A stretch of 64,000 nucleotides of DNA from Vezdaea acicularis (taxonomy: Eukaryota). The translations under genes and the position numbers were made by a program. Shown one piece after another: positions 24,771-37,171 of this stretch (position 1 is the stretch's first letter; each line of letters begins with the position of its first letter). The stretch is from positions 310,001 to 374,000 of the forward strand of contig JAPEUI010000001.1 of the NCBI GenBank assembly GCA_026025075.1, written 5' to 3'. The notes under the pieces are model-generated. The model was not told the origin of the DNA. It made no database searches and was given only the letters and a program-made list of their open reading frames with translations.

Positions 24771-27108
24771 ATGATGTCGACCACCAGCGCCGCCGAGAAG
24801 ACCGCGCAACTCGAAGGTACGGCCGGGACCGACTCGACCACGAGCGCGCGCAATGAGGGAGAGAAGGAAGGCCGTGACCCCGAGTCTTTGAAGCGTGCGC
24901 ATAGGCTTTGGCCTTTTAGGCTGAGGCCGGACGATGACGACGAACCACAGTAAGCACGTCCTGTGCATTTTATATTTGATGAAGGTCGTTGAAGCTGATG
25001 ATCATGGACTTCAAGGGACTGGTGGTTCGCATCCACCGCGATACCGCTGCTTGCCGCGACAACGGGTCCAATGGCAAATACCCTTTCGATAGCTGCGTTG
25101 GTTACGTCGTGGAGGAATAATTATACATCTTCGTCCAAAGAGGCAGATTCTATAGGGTATCCCGACCCACATTGGTACGAGGATCTAAGCTATCACGGCG
25201 TTGATTGAATGGCATGTTGACGATCGCAGGTGTATTGCTGCCAACGCTGCCTCTCTGGCCTGCGGATTCATTGGCAATTTCTTTCTATTACTTAACTTCA
25301 CCAAGCGGATACGATACATCATTGCGTTGCCCGCTACGATCATCTTTTGGTACGCAGCCACGACGTTGGTGAGTCTGAACCCCTTTTCACCCTTTAGCTG
25401 CAGAGCCTGACTTAGAAACAAGCTCATCTGTATCACGGCCCTGATGAACGAGAAAGTTCCCCCTGTAGCCCCTGACCAGGTCTACTCCCAAGGCTTCTGG
25501 CACGCCATCATCGCCGCTGTTCTCTACCTCGTCAGCTCCATGCTACTCATGGTAAACATGATGGGGTACTTCCTCGGGCACTACCCGCAACACTTCACTC
25601 TCACAGAGCACCAACGGACGCTCATCCTCCAAACGATGCTCTTCTTCATCTGGCTCGCCGGTGGCGGCGCCGTCTTTGCCAAAGTATGCGGCTGGCGCTT
25701 CGTCGACGCCCTCTACTTCTGCGATGTGACTATCCTGACCGTCGGCTTCGGCGACTACTCCGCCCCGAACGACGCCGGCCGCGGCCTTGTCTTTCCCTTC
25801 TCCGTTGGGGGCATCATCATCCTCGGTCTGATGGTCGGTTCTATCCGGCGCTTCGCCATGGAAATCTCCCACGACAAGGTCCTCAAGCACCACGTCGAGA
25901 AGCAGCGAACACTCACCATCGACCGCGCCGTCTCGACCTCCATCGACCTGCGCATCCGCCAGGGCCTCGCCGACGGCGTCCGGCCCTCCATCAGCGAGCC
26001 CTTCGAGCTCCGTGAGCGCGCCATCACCTTTGACGACGCGCACGCCGCCGAGTCGCTCAGACGCCCCAAGACCTCCCTCCACGACGACAGCGACCCCTCC
26101 GTCCCCACCAAGTTCACCCGCCGCATCTCACGCACCTTCTCCCGCTCAAAGCGCGAACCAAAAGTGATCCTCCTCCGCGAAGAGCGCGACCGCTTCAACG
26201 CCATGCGCGCCATCCAACGCGGCACCCGCACCTTCAAGCGCTACACCAACCTGGGCTTCTCCCTCGTCGCCTTCGGCCTCCTCTGGTGCGTCGGCGCCGC
26301 CGTCTTCATGGTCGCCGAGCAGCGCGAACAAGGCCTCTCCTACTTCGAAGCGCTCTACTTCTGCTACGTCTCCCTCCTGACCATCGGCTACGGCGACCTC
26401 TCGCCCAAGAGCAACGCCGGAAAACCCTTCTTCATCGTCTGGTCGCTGATCGCCGTCCCCACCATGACCATCCTCGTCAGCGACATGGGCGACACCGTCA
26501 TCGCCTCCTTCAAGCGCGGCACCGCCCGCCTCGGCGACTGGACCGTCCTCCCCCAGGCCGGCCTCTGGCGCGCCTTCCTCGACAAACACCCCTGGCTCCT
26601 CCTCAAGCTCCAGCAGAAAGTCGACCAGCACGCCGCCAAGCGCCGCCTCGCCAGCGGCTTCCGCGCCCCCCAGGAAGACGACGAGGCCATCGTCGCTTCG
26701 AACCCTACCCTCGAACAACTCGCCGCCGGCGAACCCAATCCCCATCAGCTCGCCCGCGCCCTCGCCATCGCCATCCGTCGCGTCGCTGACGATCTGCAGG
26801 CGGATCAGCCAAAAAGCTATTCCTATGAGCAGTGGGTCGAGTTCACGCGCCTCATCCGCTTCAGCAAATATTCTGAGGACGAGGTCGAGGAGCAGGAGGA
26901 GACCACGGGGATCGTCGATTGGGACTTTATCGGCGAGGATAGCCCCATGCTGGCGGATGAGACGGAGAGTGTCTGGATCTTGGACCGGCTCTGTGAAAGT
27001 CTGGAGAGGTATATGAAGAGGCAGGCGAGGGAGAGTGAGAAGTTGGAGAGGGGGATGTATAATGGGCGGGGAAGGGAGGAGGGGAGGGATGAGATCAAGA
27101 GGAGCTGA
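24771..27108 (+). CDS. TOK1: Two-pore-domain outward-rectifier potassium channel, multi-exon
   Basis: Two pore loops (TILTVGFGD and SLLTIGYGD); fungal N-terminal TM region DWWFASTAIPLLAAT. Confidence 0.92.
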
Positions 27109-27307
27109 CATTGGAGGAAGGAGGGGGGTAAGGGGGGAAATCATGAGGTCTTCTGTTTTTGGAAATTTACTCTTGGGCTGGGTTGTATAGTTATTGTTAC
27201 GGCTACGACGAGCGGTCTTCCTGCGGCGGGGTTTTGGACACGATTCATGCGCACGTGGATAGTCTATATCACTGGTGATGAAGAACGGAAGCTTTTTTGG
27301 GGGGGTT

Positions 27308-28197
27308 TCAGCCATTCGTCCTTGGATTCCGAGGCTTGAAGAATTGCGGAAATATCGTGCGTAGCTCGTCCAGACTCCTGATCTGATATCTGGATGCGGG
27401 CTCTGCGGGCTCGGGCTTGCCGGGCTCGAGCAGATGCGCTGTCGTCCAACCCAACTCGTGCGCGCCGTGGCAGTTTATGTAGGAGTCGTCTGTGAGGAGC
27501 AACGCTGGTTAGCTGAGTTCGCTTTGTGGAATGTGTGGCATAGGATCGCGCGGCTAAAAGGGGGGTGGGAGGTGAGAGCAGACGTACCGACGAAATAGCA
27601 ATCTTCAACATTCCTGACTCCCGCCTCCTTCATGGCCTTCTCATACGCCTCTGGAGTGGGTTTGCACACCATCTTCTCGCCTCTATTGATGGCAGCGTAG
27701 TCGCTGTAGGTCATTCCCTCAAAGAACCTCTCTACATCCAACAACCTCACGACCCGTCTTCCATGGTTTATATATGCGTTCGTAAACAGCCATAGCTTCA
27801 CTTGCTTCTTGTCTATATCTTCTAGTAATTTCGTGAGTGCGGGGATGGGGGCGAGTACGGTATCAAGCGGTAGGGCGTCGTCGACTAGCCGGTTGAACTC
27901 GAGGGCATCGATCTTGTGGTGCCGCGTTAGGCCTTCGATGGCGAGTCCGTATTGCTTGTAGTACGTTTGGTGGAGGGTGTTGGCGTCTGCTGGGGAGAGG
28001 GAGAGGTGGGTTATGAAGAATTTGTCTGAGCGTGTTTTTGGTTTAATCAGGGCAGGGAGAAAAGGAATGAGATGTACGGATGGTTGGGAGGAAGTACCTA
28101 TTAGATCGCACATCAGGTCGTGTACACGGGCGCTGCTAGGGTAGAGACAGTTGTCTATGTCGAAGAAGAGGACCGGCCTCTGGTCTTGTTCCGCCAT
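27308..28197 (-). CDS. SDT1: Pyrimidine 5'-nucleotidase, HAD family, 3 exons
   Basis: FFDIDNCLY, YGLAIEGL, LFTNAY, CKP, YFV|DDSYIN motifs. Confidence 0.9.
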
Positions 28198-28658
28198 TTC
28201 GCAATGATAACTTATAAGGAATACGTATCGGTGTGTCTATTGGAACGCTAAGGAGATCTAGTATATGAAATAATGTCAAGTCGGCAAGGCTACACTTTCC
28301 AGCTCGGCATACTGAAAACGGTCCAGCATAGAATACGGCCGACGTAAAACGAGTCTTCTCCGTTACGGTCAAATCATCCTCGCCTCGGCTCAAGTCGTCA
28401 AATGCTTGGCGTGCATGTTGTGGAAGCTTAGGCGAGGGAGCTAGAGTCTCCCAATTCGCCTCGAAATTTCATGCGACACGACCTTTCTCCTCTCTTCCTC
28501 GCTCACCACTTCTCCACCTTGAACCGCCCTGCAGTTTCCATTTCGCGTTTCCATGGCATCGACACTCATACATGCGCTTGGTCTTCCTATGCAAGTAGGA
28601 GCCGTGAACATGATGGTATGAGTCGAGAGTTGTTCATTCTTTTCTGCTTTTAGGTCTC

Positions 28659-31523
28659 ATGTCTGTCCCCGAAGCCATGGCTCTCATCACGAATGGGCTG
28701 CCCTTGGCCAAGGACGAGACGCGTGAACTGCAAATTTACAGCAAGATTCTTCGTCTTCGCGATGATATCTACGCTGGGACGCACCCGCGTCTCAAGCTTC
28801 CCAGTTATCAGCTGCCTCCTCAAGCATCTCCTTTTCTCCCGGTCCAGCCCACGTCGGATGTCAACGTGGAGAAGCCACAACCCATAGGAACACAACCGTC
28901 TACGGGTTCTACAAGCTTGTCTGCGAGTTCTTCTAATAAGCTTCAAGCTCGCAAAGTTTTTTCTTCTGAAATCGATCCCGTCTTGTTAACCAAATCAGAT
29001 GTTGTCGTCGGAGCTGAGATTAAATTAGAACGAAGTCGTATTGAAGACAAGCTAAAAGAACAGGCTGAACAGAACTCGACCAGTATTAGACAAAACAGGG
29101 TTGTGCCTGCAGAGCCATCATTCGATTTGGATGTAGCAGATATACTTGCAAAGGCACAGGCACTCACAATAGCGAAAGCTACATCCGATCCGCGGAAGCA
29201 TAAGAGTACTTCTCCCGACGATGACACGCTTTACTCAAGTATCGACAACATGCGCTCCTCTCAAGAGGGAGTTGACCGTGGCTCGCCAGCTCCTGCTGTT
29301 GGAGCCGAACCAAGCAAGAATGAACACCAACGCTTGCCCACAGTGCCCATGGAAGTGGATTCACTGTATGATGTCGTTCGGCCTCGCTCGGCAGGAGCTC
29401 AGCCTGAAAATCGTCCTTCTTTGCATGGGGCAGTCCCTGTATCGCACCTCGATTCTGAGAGACCTCAGGTCTCCCCACCCATTCACCAGCAGGCATCACA
29501 GGATATCTCACATGTAGAGGATCGACCTAATCGTGCGGACAGGAGAAGATCAGAGATTCGAGATAGTCTAACTGGGAAGAGGAGGTTGACGCAGCTTGAG
29601 ACAACCCCCCTACCGCGCTCGTTTGTAGAACCTGCTGATGGTTCGGTCCATTCCGCTGATCTGCAAATGCATAATCACAGCGCCCAGGAACAGGGTCAAG
29701 AGCCTGCCTCTCCTTCGCCGATCTCACCCACCTCGCCAGAAGTACCCATCTATCGACATCAACTGTCACCTGTAGCCCCCCAACCAAACCGAGTGTCCCC
29801 ACTCGCTGTCGCTCGTAACCCTAGGGTATCTCAACCCCAGCGCAATGCAGATCATTACCTCTCCATGGGCCGTAGCCGCCATGGCAAGAAAGAAGGTCCC
29901 AGACCAAAATCAACTAATTCGTCACGCAGAGGTCCTCACAAAAGGACCAAGCAAATCAAGGAGCAAAGAGAAACCAAGGAGCAAATAGAACGGAGGAAGC
30001 ATCTTGCACGACTTATGGCCGACTCTCCAGAGCCTTTCATCAAATCAGAACCTGTGTCTCCAACCTTGTCCTCCGCAGGGCCCGCTGCTAAGAGACAGAA
30101 ACGTATCTTGGAATATGACTCGGACATCCCTTCAAGACATCAATCTCTGCAGGTGCCTCGCCAACGGGAGGAATACATCGTCTCATCGAGATACGACGAC
30201 ATGCCTCAAACAGCTTCGACGGTGCAGTCTCCCTTTCGCGCTGAGCTCGTTCGGCCAAGAAGGGAGGACTTTGAACCCCGCCGGGTCGTCACAGATCAGT
30301 ATGCTGCGCGCCCAGTTTCGCCGTACGCAAAAACATATTACGCTCGTCCCGAAGTCAGACCGAGTCGAGCTTACTCCCAAGTGATTGAACGACCAATCTA
30401 TGAGGACGAGCTTTACGCCGAGAGACCTATTTTGGAGCCTCCGTATTATAGAGAGTCCGTCAGACCAGTTCATCGCGCCGAGTACCTTCGGTCAGGACGG
30501 TCTAGGTCGCCTCCAAGGATGCGAGAGCGCGTTTCGCCACAACCGATAATTGCCCCAATGCCGCCACCAACGACCATCGCCAGACCCTCTTTGAGCAGAG
30601 TCCCTCGAGAGCATGTATCGTCTCAGCCAACAATCATCAGGCAATCGGCAGTTCCATTGGAAAGGGCCTCGGTTGGTCCAGCTGGATTACATGAGGTGGA
30701 TCGTGGAGTTGAGTACATTCGGACAACTAATCCTTACCATGTTTTTCCAGGTGAGCGAGTCATCGAGCGAGTTCCATCTCCGGCCTACTCAAGACGCATC
30801 ATTGAACAGCCAGGGCCCTTAGAATATGCCAGTGACCGGCCACGCGAATATCCTGGGCAACCAAGGGAGATTTATATGACCCGCGTCCCTCGTGAGCAGC
30901 TGGTTGAGTACCGAACCTATTCGGGAGAGCGCCACATAAGTCATTTCGAGGAACCGATAATTGCCCGTGAGACTCCGCGGACGCAGAATCCACGGCCGCT
31001 GAGCGTTCAGGTTGCTGACGGCCCTGCTTATGACCCTCGTAGCCAGAGCATCGTCCAGGAGCTGCCTTCTCAAAGATACATCCCTCGCAGCCAAAGTATC
31101 AGACCGGAAGAGCTGCCACAACGAGTGTATACTGGGAGCGTCCGACCCGACACTCGACGACCACCATCGCAAGCCCAACGCCAGCCCAGCCTCCAGATGG
31201 AGCGGACCCGCAGCGAGTTTTCCGCACCTATCGTGCGACCCAGCCGCGCGTCAGGGGACGGCCAAGAAACATTCGCTCGACCTGCCACTCGTCGCGAGCT
31301 CGCGTCCAGTGAGTATAGCAGAGAATTCATACCACATGAGGTCCGTCACGGAGTCGATTCGGGAAGATTCGTCCGCGAGACTGTGCCTGGCGAGCTGCCT
31401 CCGGCTTACGTCCGGTACGATGGGGCCCGGTATGTCGACGATCACAATTACGTGAGGCCGGTCCAGGGCGGTGCGCCGGAGGAATATAGCCAGGCGGTGC
31501 GACCATACCCTCATGCGTTGTAG
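28659..31523 (+). CDS. Hypothetical 954-aa protein, largely low-complexity (Ser/Pro/Arg/Tyr-rich)
   Basis: Single long ORF; ordered-looking N-terminal motifs (YSKILRLRDDIYAGTHPRLKLP; IDPVLLTKSD), basic NLS-like patch; no function recognised. Confidence 0.75.
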   Translation: MSVPEAMALITNGLPLAKDETRELQIYSKILRLRDDIYAGTHPRLKLPSYQLPPQASPFLPVQPTSDVNVEKPQPIGTQPSTGSTSLSASSSNKLQARKVFSSEIDPVLLTKSDVVVGAEIKLERSRIEDKLKEQAEQNSTSIRQNRVVPAEPSFDLDVADILAKAQALTIAKATSDPRKHKSTSPDDDTLYSSIDNMRSSQEGVDRGSPAPAVGAEPSKNEHQRLPTVPMEVDSLYDVVRPRSAGAQPENRPSLHGAVPVSHLDSERPQVSPPIHQQASQDISHVEDRPNRADRRRSEIRDSLTGKRRLTQLETTPLPRSFVEPADGSVHSADLQMHNHSAQEQGQEPASPSPISPTSPEVPIYRHQLSPVAPQPNRVSPLAVARNPRVSQPQRNADHYLSMGRSRHGKKEGPRPKSTNSSRRGPHKRTKQIKEQRETKEQIERRKHLARLMADSPEPFIKSEPVSPTLSSAGPAAKRQKRILEYDSDIPSRHQSLQVPRQREEYIVSSRYDDMPQTASTVQSPFRAELVRPRREDFEPRRVVTDQYAARPVSPYAKTYYARPEVRPSRAYSQVIERPIYEDELYAERPILEPPYYRESVRPVHRAEYLRSGRSRSPPRMRERVSPQPIIAPMPPPTTIARPSLSRVPREHVSSQPTIIRQSAVPLERASVGPAGLHEVDRGVEYIRTTNPYHVFPGERVIERVPSPAYSRRIIEQPGPLEYASDRPREYPGQPREIYMTRVPREQLVEYRTYSGERHISHFEEPIIARETPRTQNPRPLSVQVADGPAYDPRSQSIVQELPSQRYIPRSQSIRPEELPQRVYTGSVRPDTRRPPSQAQRQPSLQMERTRSEFSAPIVRPSRASGDGQETFARPATRRELASSEYSREFIPHEVRHGVDSGRFVRETVPGELPPAYVRYDGARYVDDHNYVRPVQGGAPEEYSQAVRPYPHAL

Positions 31524-33176
31524 TCGCGTACTATACGTGCCATGCTTCGTTTGCTTGTTCTGTTGCTGTAAGATTAGGAAACTGTACGGTAGCGTTGCCC
31601 AGCATCTTCTTGGGACTCTCAAGACTTTGGGGCTTGATGGGGTCTTGTTTCAGTATCGGGGCACTTGGGTACCAGGGTTTAAGGAGAAAAGGCTCAAACG
31701 GTTGAACAGTTGGGTGATAGGGCGAAGGGGAGCGAGGCCGCATGTAGTGGTAGTGTTTGCGTGTGCGAGCGTGTATGGGTGGGTGCGCGCACGCGGGTGC
31801 TATGAATGGATCTGTTCCAGACAACCTTCCTGACATCATCCCCGTCGCCCTCCCTCTTCGTGGGTTCCGTAGGGTTAGTGGGTTTAGTGCGCACGAGAAC
31901 CAGATTGTCGAAATGCAGCGATCCCTGTTCCCGGATCTGATCAGACCAGACGCCGGTCCCGTGACAACCACCATCAATCATGAGCACGTGTGGCGTTCAA
32001 GATCTGTCTGGGCAGCCTGTTGGCCCGTCCTGCGTCCTGTTGAAGCTCTTGAGAGAAAGAGGGATTTGCTCAAGCGGCGAAGTGTGCGCCCTATGGACGC
32101 GGCGGAAAGCTCGGATCGGGATCAGCGATAGAGGCGGGTACCACTGCAGCCAGGTGACGATCAGCCTTTCACGCCGCCGTTCGAGTCGCACCACCGCAAC
32201 GCCGCCTCGTTGCGGACGAGAGGCCGATATCTCGATTGCTTCCCATGATTAGAGTGTCTCCGGCTCCTTTGCTGTTACTCATCAGTCGGAAAAGTGTTCA
32301 TGATGAGCTATCCGGAGCGAAGCTGATGTCCGTCTTCGTATCTAAGTGGCGCACGCGAGTGACGTACGACGCGGGCCGGCGGACGCAGCCAAAAGCCGGA
32401 GGGACAGGGCAGTCACAGATGGGGTTTCGGGGTCGCCGCGTGCTCGATTGATATGGTCATGATAGTGCATTTCCCTCATTCACTCTTCCCCTAGGGCAAA
32501 CCCCGTGCTCTGCGTGGGATGGTGTAGTTGGCAATCGGACCAGCCAGAGCATGACGATTCCTTCACTGGGACTTGGTGGAACAAGGACCCGGCCCAGGCT
32601 GGGCAGAAGCCCCACGCATTGCGCTTGGGCCCGCTTCCAGCTTACACTGTCCAAGCTGCTTGCTCGGCGACCAGCTAAGCCCGCCAACCAACGGCGGAGG
32701 CCCACTTCGCAGCGCACCGCACCGCACCCGCGCATACGCCAGCCTCGAACCTGAACCCTCCGCAACCACAACGCCCATTCTCACCCTCATCCTCTTTCTT
32801 CCCTCACCACTCCCACTCCTACTCCCACTCCACCCAACACTCCACCACAACCTTCAATTCCTGCTCTCTTCTACATTTTCCCTTTCCTTCTCCTTCCTAT
32901 CCTTGTTTCCGTCTTTCTTTTATGTTTGACTCTAGCGGGCGGTGCTGATCTTTGCCATTCCCGCGTTTCCTCTTTCCGTTCCCCTCGCGTGAGACCGCTC
33001 AGCTCGCTCGTTACCTCCACTGCTTCTGGCCCGTCAGCTGCTTGACGGATCATTGACCTCAGCTTCACATCATACAACGGCGAGCTCACTGACGTCTTCG
33101 TTCGCCCTCTCAGCATACCACCATATCGGAAGCTGTGTCCAATCGTGGACCCCTTCAACCACCTCGAAACGCAAAG

Positions 33177-36100
33177 ATGCACAAGCTCGGCACCATCACC
33201 GGTACGGCTCGACACGGCTGGGAGAAGATGACCCCGATGGGCTTCGGGATGTCGAGACCAGGTCCGGTGAACGAGAACATACCCAACGTCTCTTATGCCG
33301 GAAAACGACAGGCCGTGGGCGCCACTCCCGTCCCTCCAACCGCTCCGAACGACCCTACCACGCACCTCTCGTTCAACGTGCCATTCTCGTCCAACCTCCC
33401 AGGCCCCGAAGCCGACGATATCCTTCATGCGAGTCCGGGCGCTCTCGAACGATGGGTTCACCCGGAAGGCACACCGGAAGGCACACCGACTCACCAATTA
33501 CCAGTCCACACCCAGAACTTGGAGGCTCTGAAGAAACTCTGTCTAGAGATGGGCGAGAAGAGTGCACCACGAAGGCTTGAAGCTACGGTCACGTCAACAG
33601 AGCCAAAGGTGTTAGCGACATTTCATCAACAGCCGATAAAAGGGCTCGTGACGAATGTATCGCTTTCGGGCGATGCAGAAGTCGTTCAGAATCTGCGTGC
33701 TAAGATCTTGACCGAAACCCCAGTCGAGTTGGTAGGATATTGACCTCCCGCATGGAACTACAATCTTCAAAGCTAACCTAAAACAGAGATGTGCCTACGT
33801 GGACATTGACACGAATTTGATCATTGATACCGAGTCGGATCAAGTTCGGCCAAGCGTACTACAGCATATCGACAAGATCGCCGACTATACGGGCACTGAT
33901 ATATTCCTGCTTGGCCCCAAGATTGAGCCGCCTGAGGCGGTTGGTTCCAGTTTCAATGGTAGCCCCGATACCGGCTTGGATGAGCGACTGAGGGTTGGCA
34001 TATATGGGGACATGGAAAGTGCAGATCATGCCAAGATGAGGACTTTGATCATGGTCGACCAGATTGTGTGTATCTCATGCTCAGCCCCAACGATGAAGGG
34101 TTGGCTAACATCGCCACAGCTAAAACGCACCGTTGACGTGACCAAGCTGGACTTATCAATGCATTCTCTAGTGTGTGGTAGGACCCGAAAGAATATCAAG
34201 TCGATTGAATCATCTACAAATACGGCCATATACTTTCCGCCGCCATTTCCCCGACTTTATGGCTACTCACCCCCTGGTTCTCATCGTCGGACAGAAGATG
34301 AGATTTTCATCACGGGAGACACGCCCGAGAGCATTGCGCTGGCTAAAAAGAAGCTGCATGAGGTTGTGGTCGGCACGCGCGTATTTGTGAAGGACGTCAA
34401 AGTCTCACCAAACAAGATCGATGACATTCTTTTGGAGCGACTGGATAAGATCAAGAAGGTGATGGAAGCCAACGGCACCTACATTCTATTCCCTAAGCTT
34501 GGGCAACATCGAGGCCTCGTTCGGGTGCAGGGTGTGGAGATTCTGCATGTTGAGAGGACGGTCCGTGAAATCATGGCCTTAGCCGGTCAATTCTACAGCG
34601 CTCAATGGTTCCTGCAAATCCCACCGTCCACTGCTGGGAATGTACCGCCTGCACCTTCTCCCTCTGACATACGCTCAATGCTCTCAAATATTTGCACCAA
34701 CAGCGGAGCCGACGTTAGCTACGAAAAACTGGCCTTCCAGATCAGCGGCTCGGACGATTCAGTCAAAGCCGCTCTGATGGTCATTTCTCAGATGCCCTTT
34801 GTCAAACGCTCTCAGTATCATATGAGGGTGAAGATAGAGCTGGCCAATGAGCATAAAGAGTTCGTGAGCGGTAAGAAGAATGGCAAGATCAACAAAATTA
34901 TGGGCCAAAGTAAGTAGAGCGGGAGAATAGTCGATGAGGCGATGCTAACATTAGCCTATAGGCAACGTTCAAATTATCTTTGATGGCTTTAACGAGTACA
35001 ACTTTTATATTGACGTGTGTGGTGCGCAGTACGACGCTACGAAGAACGGTCTCGATCTAGTCGAGCAAGAGATGCCGGCATCTATTTCCTTCCACGTGCC
35101 GGATCAGTATCACAAGCGAATTATCGGTATTGGTGGCGCCCATATCCAGAGAATCATGAAGAAACATTCCGTGTTCGTCAAGTTCTCCAACGCCATGGAT
35201 CGAGGCGGTGTTGGACGTGAGGAAGATGATATCAAGGTCGACAATGTCATCTGCCGTACACCTGCTCGGAATGCCCAGGCCCTTGATTTGGTCAAGCAAG
35301 AGATTATGGATATGGTTGAGAAAGTGGTGTGTTTTGACATTTTCAACGGGAATATCTATCGAGTACATCGAGCTAACGATTATGTGCAGGATGCTGAGTG
35401 CGTTGAGGAGACTGTCATCATCAACCGTCTCTACCACCGTCAGCTGATCACCCGTATGACTGAGCTTGAGGAGCTTGAGAAGAAATGGAATTGCAAAATC
35501 AATTTTCCAAGCACGGAACAGGCTAGCGACGTGGTGACCATATCTGGTCCCGAGTTTCAGGTGCCACAAGCAGTCGACGAGTTTCTCGTACGTTCTTGTC
35601 TCTGCCACAACCCCTAGATTACTGGCTAATCCAGACCTCAAGGCTATGATTCCAGAAAAGCATGAGCTCGTGCTCCCTGGTTCCAACGAATTGAAACAAT
35701 TCCTCAAGTCTGACGATTTCAAGCGCGAAGTGCAGGAAAAGCTGAAGGCACAGTACGAAGTAGACCTGCATACCAATGAGAATGCAAAGGGCACCGATAC
35801 CCCCAGCCTTCCTACCGAGTCGCTCATCCTCACCTACACTCGAAACCACGCTGGAGGTCTCAAAGACGCCATCGATTTTCTCATCTCCCGTTTGGTCGCC
35901 CAAGGACTCGATGCTACCACCATCAAGGGTGCAATTCCTCGACCAAAATCAGACTCCTTCGAAGACTCGCTTCCTTTCTTCGACTCCAAGCTCCTTCAGC
36001 ATGCTCCAGCACCTCTCATCACGGAATCCCCCATCAAGGCTACATTCGTAGATGATGCCAGTGAGCGATCCATTTTCGATCGACTCCGCAAGCCAGGAAG

Positions 36101-36473
36101 CATCTCCTCCATCTCATCCTTCCTCGACCGTCGCAAGAATCACTCCACCTCTTCCATTGCATCTACCGGCTTCTTCAAGAATGCCTCAAGCAACTGCTCC
36201 AAAGCATCCCTGGTGAGCATGGAATCCCGCGAGAGCCAATACCGAAACCCCTGGAACGACTCTGGTGTCAATCTCCCCGAAGAAGAAGCTGGCCAGAACG
36301 GCTGGCCAAACAGACCTTTTGGCGTTGACGTCAAATTCCCCTTCCCCATGACTCCGAATGGCGCTGGCGACGCCACTCCGAAATACGGTCCCCGCACCTC
36401 AATCGACAGCGGGCGACCTTCAACTTCCCATTCTCTTACAGGATACCCCGGTCCAATTGGGCCACCCCGCTGA
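33177..36473 (+). CDS. KH-domain RNA-binding protein (YLL032C/Mug60-like), multi-exon
   Basis: KH GxxG-type loops: VCGRTRKNIK, FVSGKKNGKINKIM, HKRIIGIGGAHIQRIMKK; canonical introns link ORFs 33135, 33799, 35015 and 35646. Confidence 0.88.
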
Positions 36474-37171
36474 TTGTTATGAACTTACCTTGATGCCACG
36501 CAATGCAGAATCTTCCCATGCTCATATCCCCAAAAGTTTGAGCGACGGCGTTTCCATTACTTTTTATTATGCTGAATTTCTCTGCTGATGCCCGTTCTTC
36601 CCTTTTCATCACCCAGGCTCGTAGGTATGTGCGCCAGCAGAGCAATGGAAAAAGATATATACCAATTTGCTTTTTTTTTCTTCTTCAATGGTTTGAACTT
36701 TTCTGTTGCTCGGGCGTTGGAACAAGATGGAGACCTGGTTGGTGGACGGACGACTTCGGGACTTATACACATGATACTCCTACGCTCTTATTTGTTCACG
36801 AGTCCCCTTGCGTTCACTGCGCGTTTGCTTTGCCATGAAATAGAAAATAAAAGATATACATCATATTCCGTTCACAATGAGAGTGTTCTAGCTCGGGATG
36901 TGAAAACGCTGGTACGAAACGTTCAATAATGTTCAAGCTAAGCAACTCAGCCGTGGCAAGGATGAGCGAGTCGTCCCGAGTCGAAATGAAGATAGAAAAT
37001 TCCATCAATGCATTTGAAGAACTAGTTCTCTAAAACAGTCAATCTAATGGCGGTTCATGCGCGAAAGGTGTTCACGGAACTTCCCTTCGGCAAAACTTTC
37101 CCCCCGTCAGCTTCATATAATGTCAGAGCTCCCAACGACTCTGCAACTCCCCAACCCACAACATATTTGCG

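Noticed and set aside
26146..27315. Long antisense and alternative-frame ORFs over TOK1 (likewise over the kinase, epsin, NUP145 and GPH1)
   Set aside because: Expected shadows of high-GC3 or repetitive coding sequence; no recognisable motifs.
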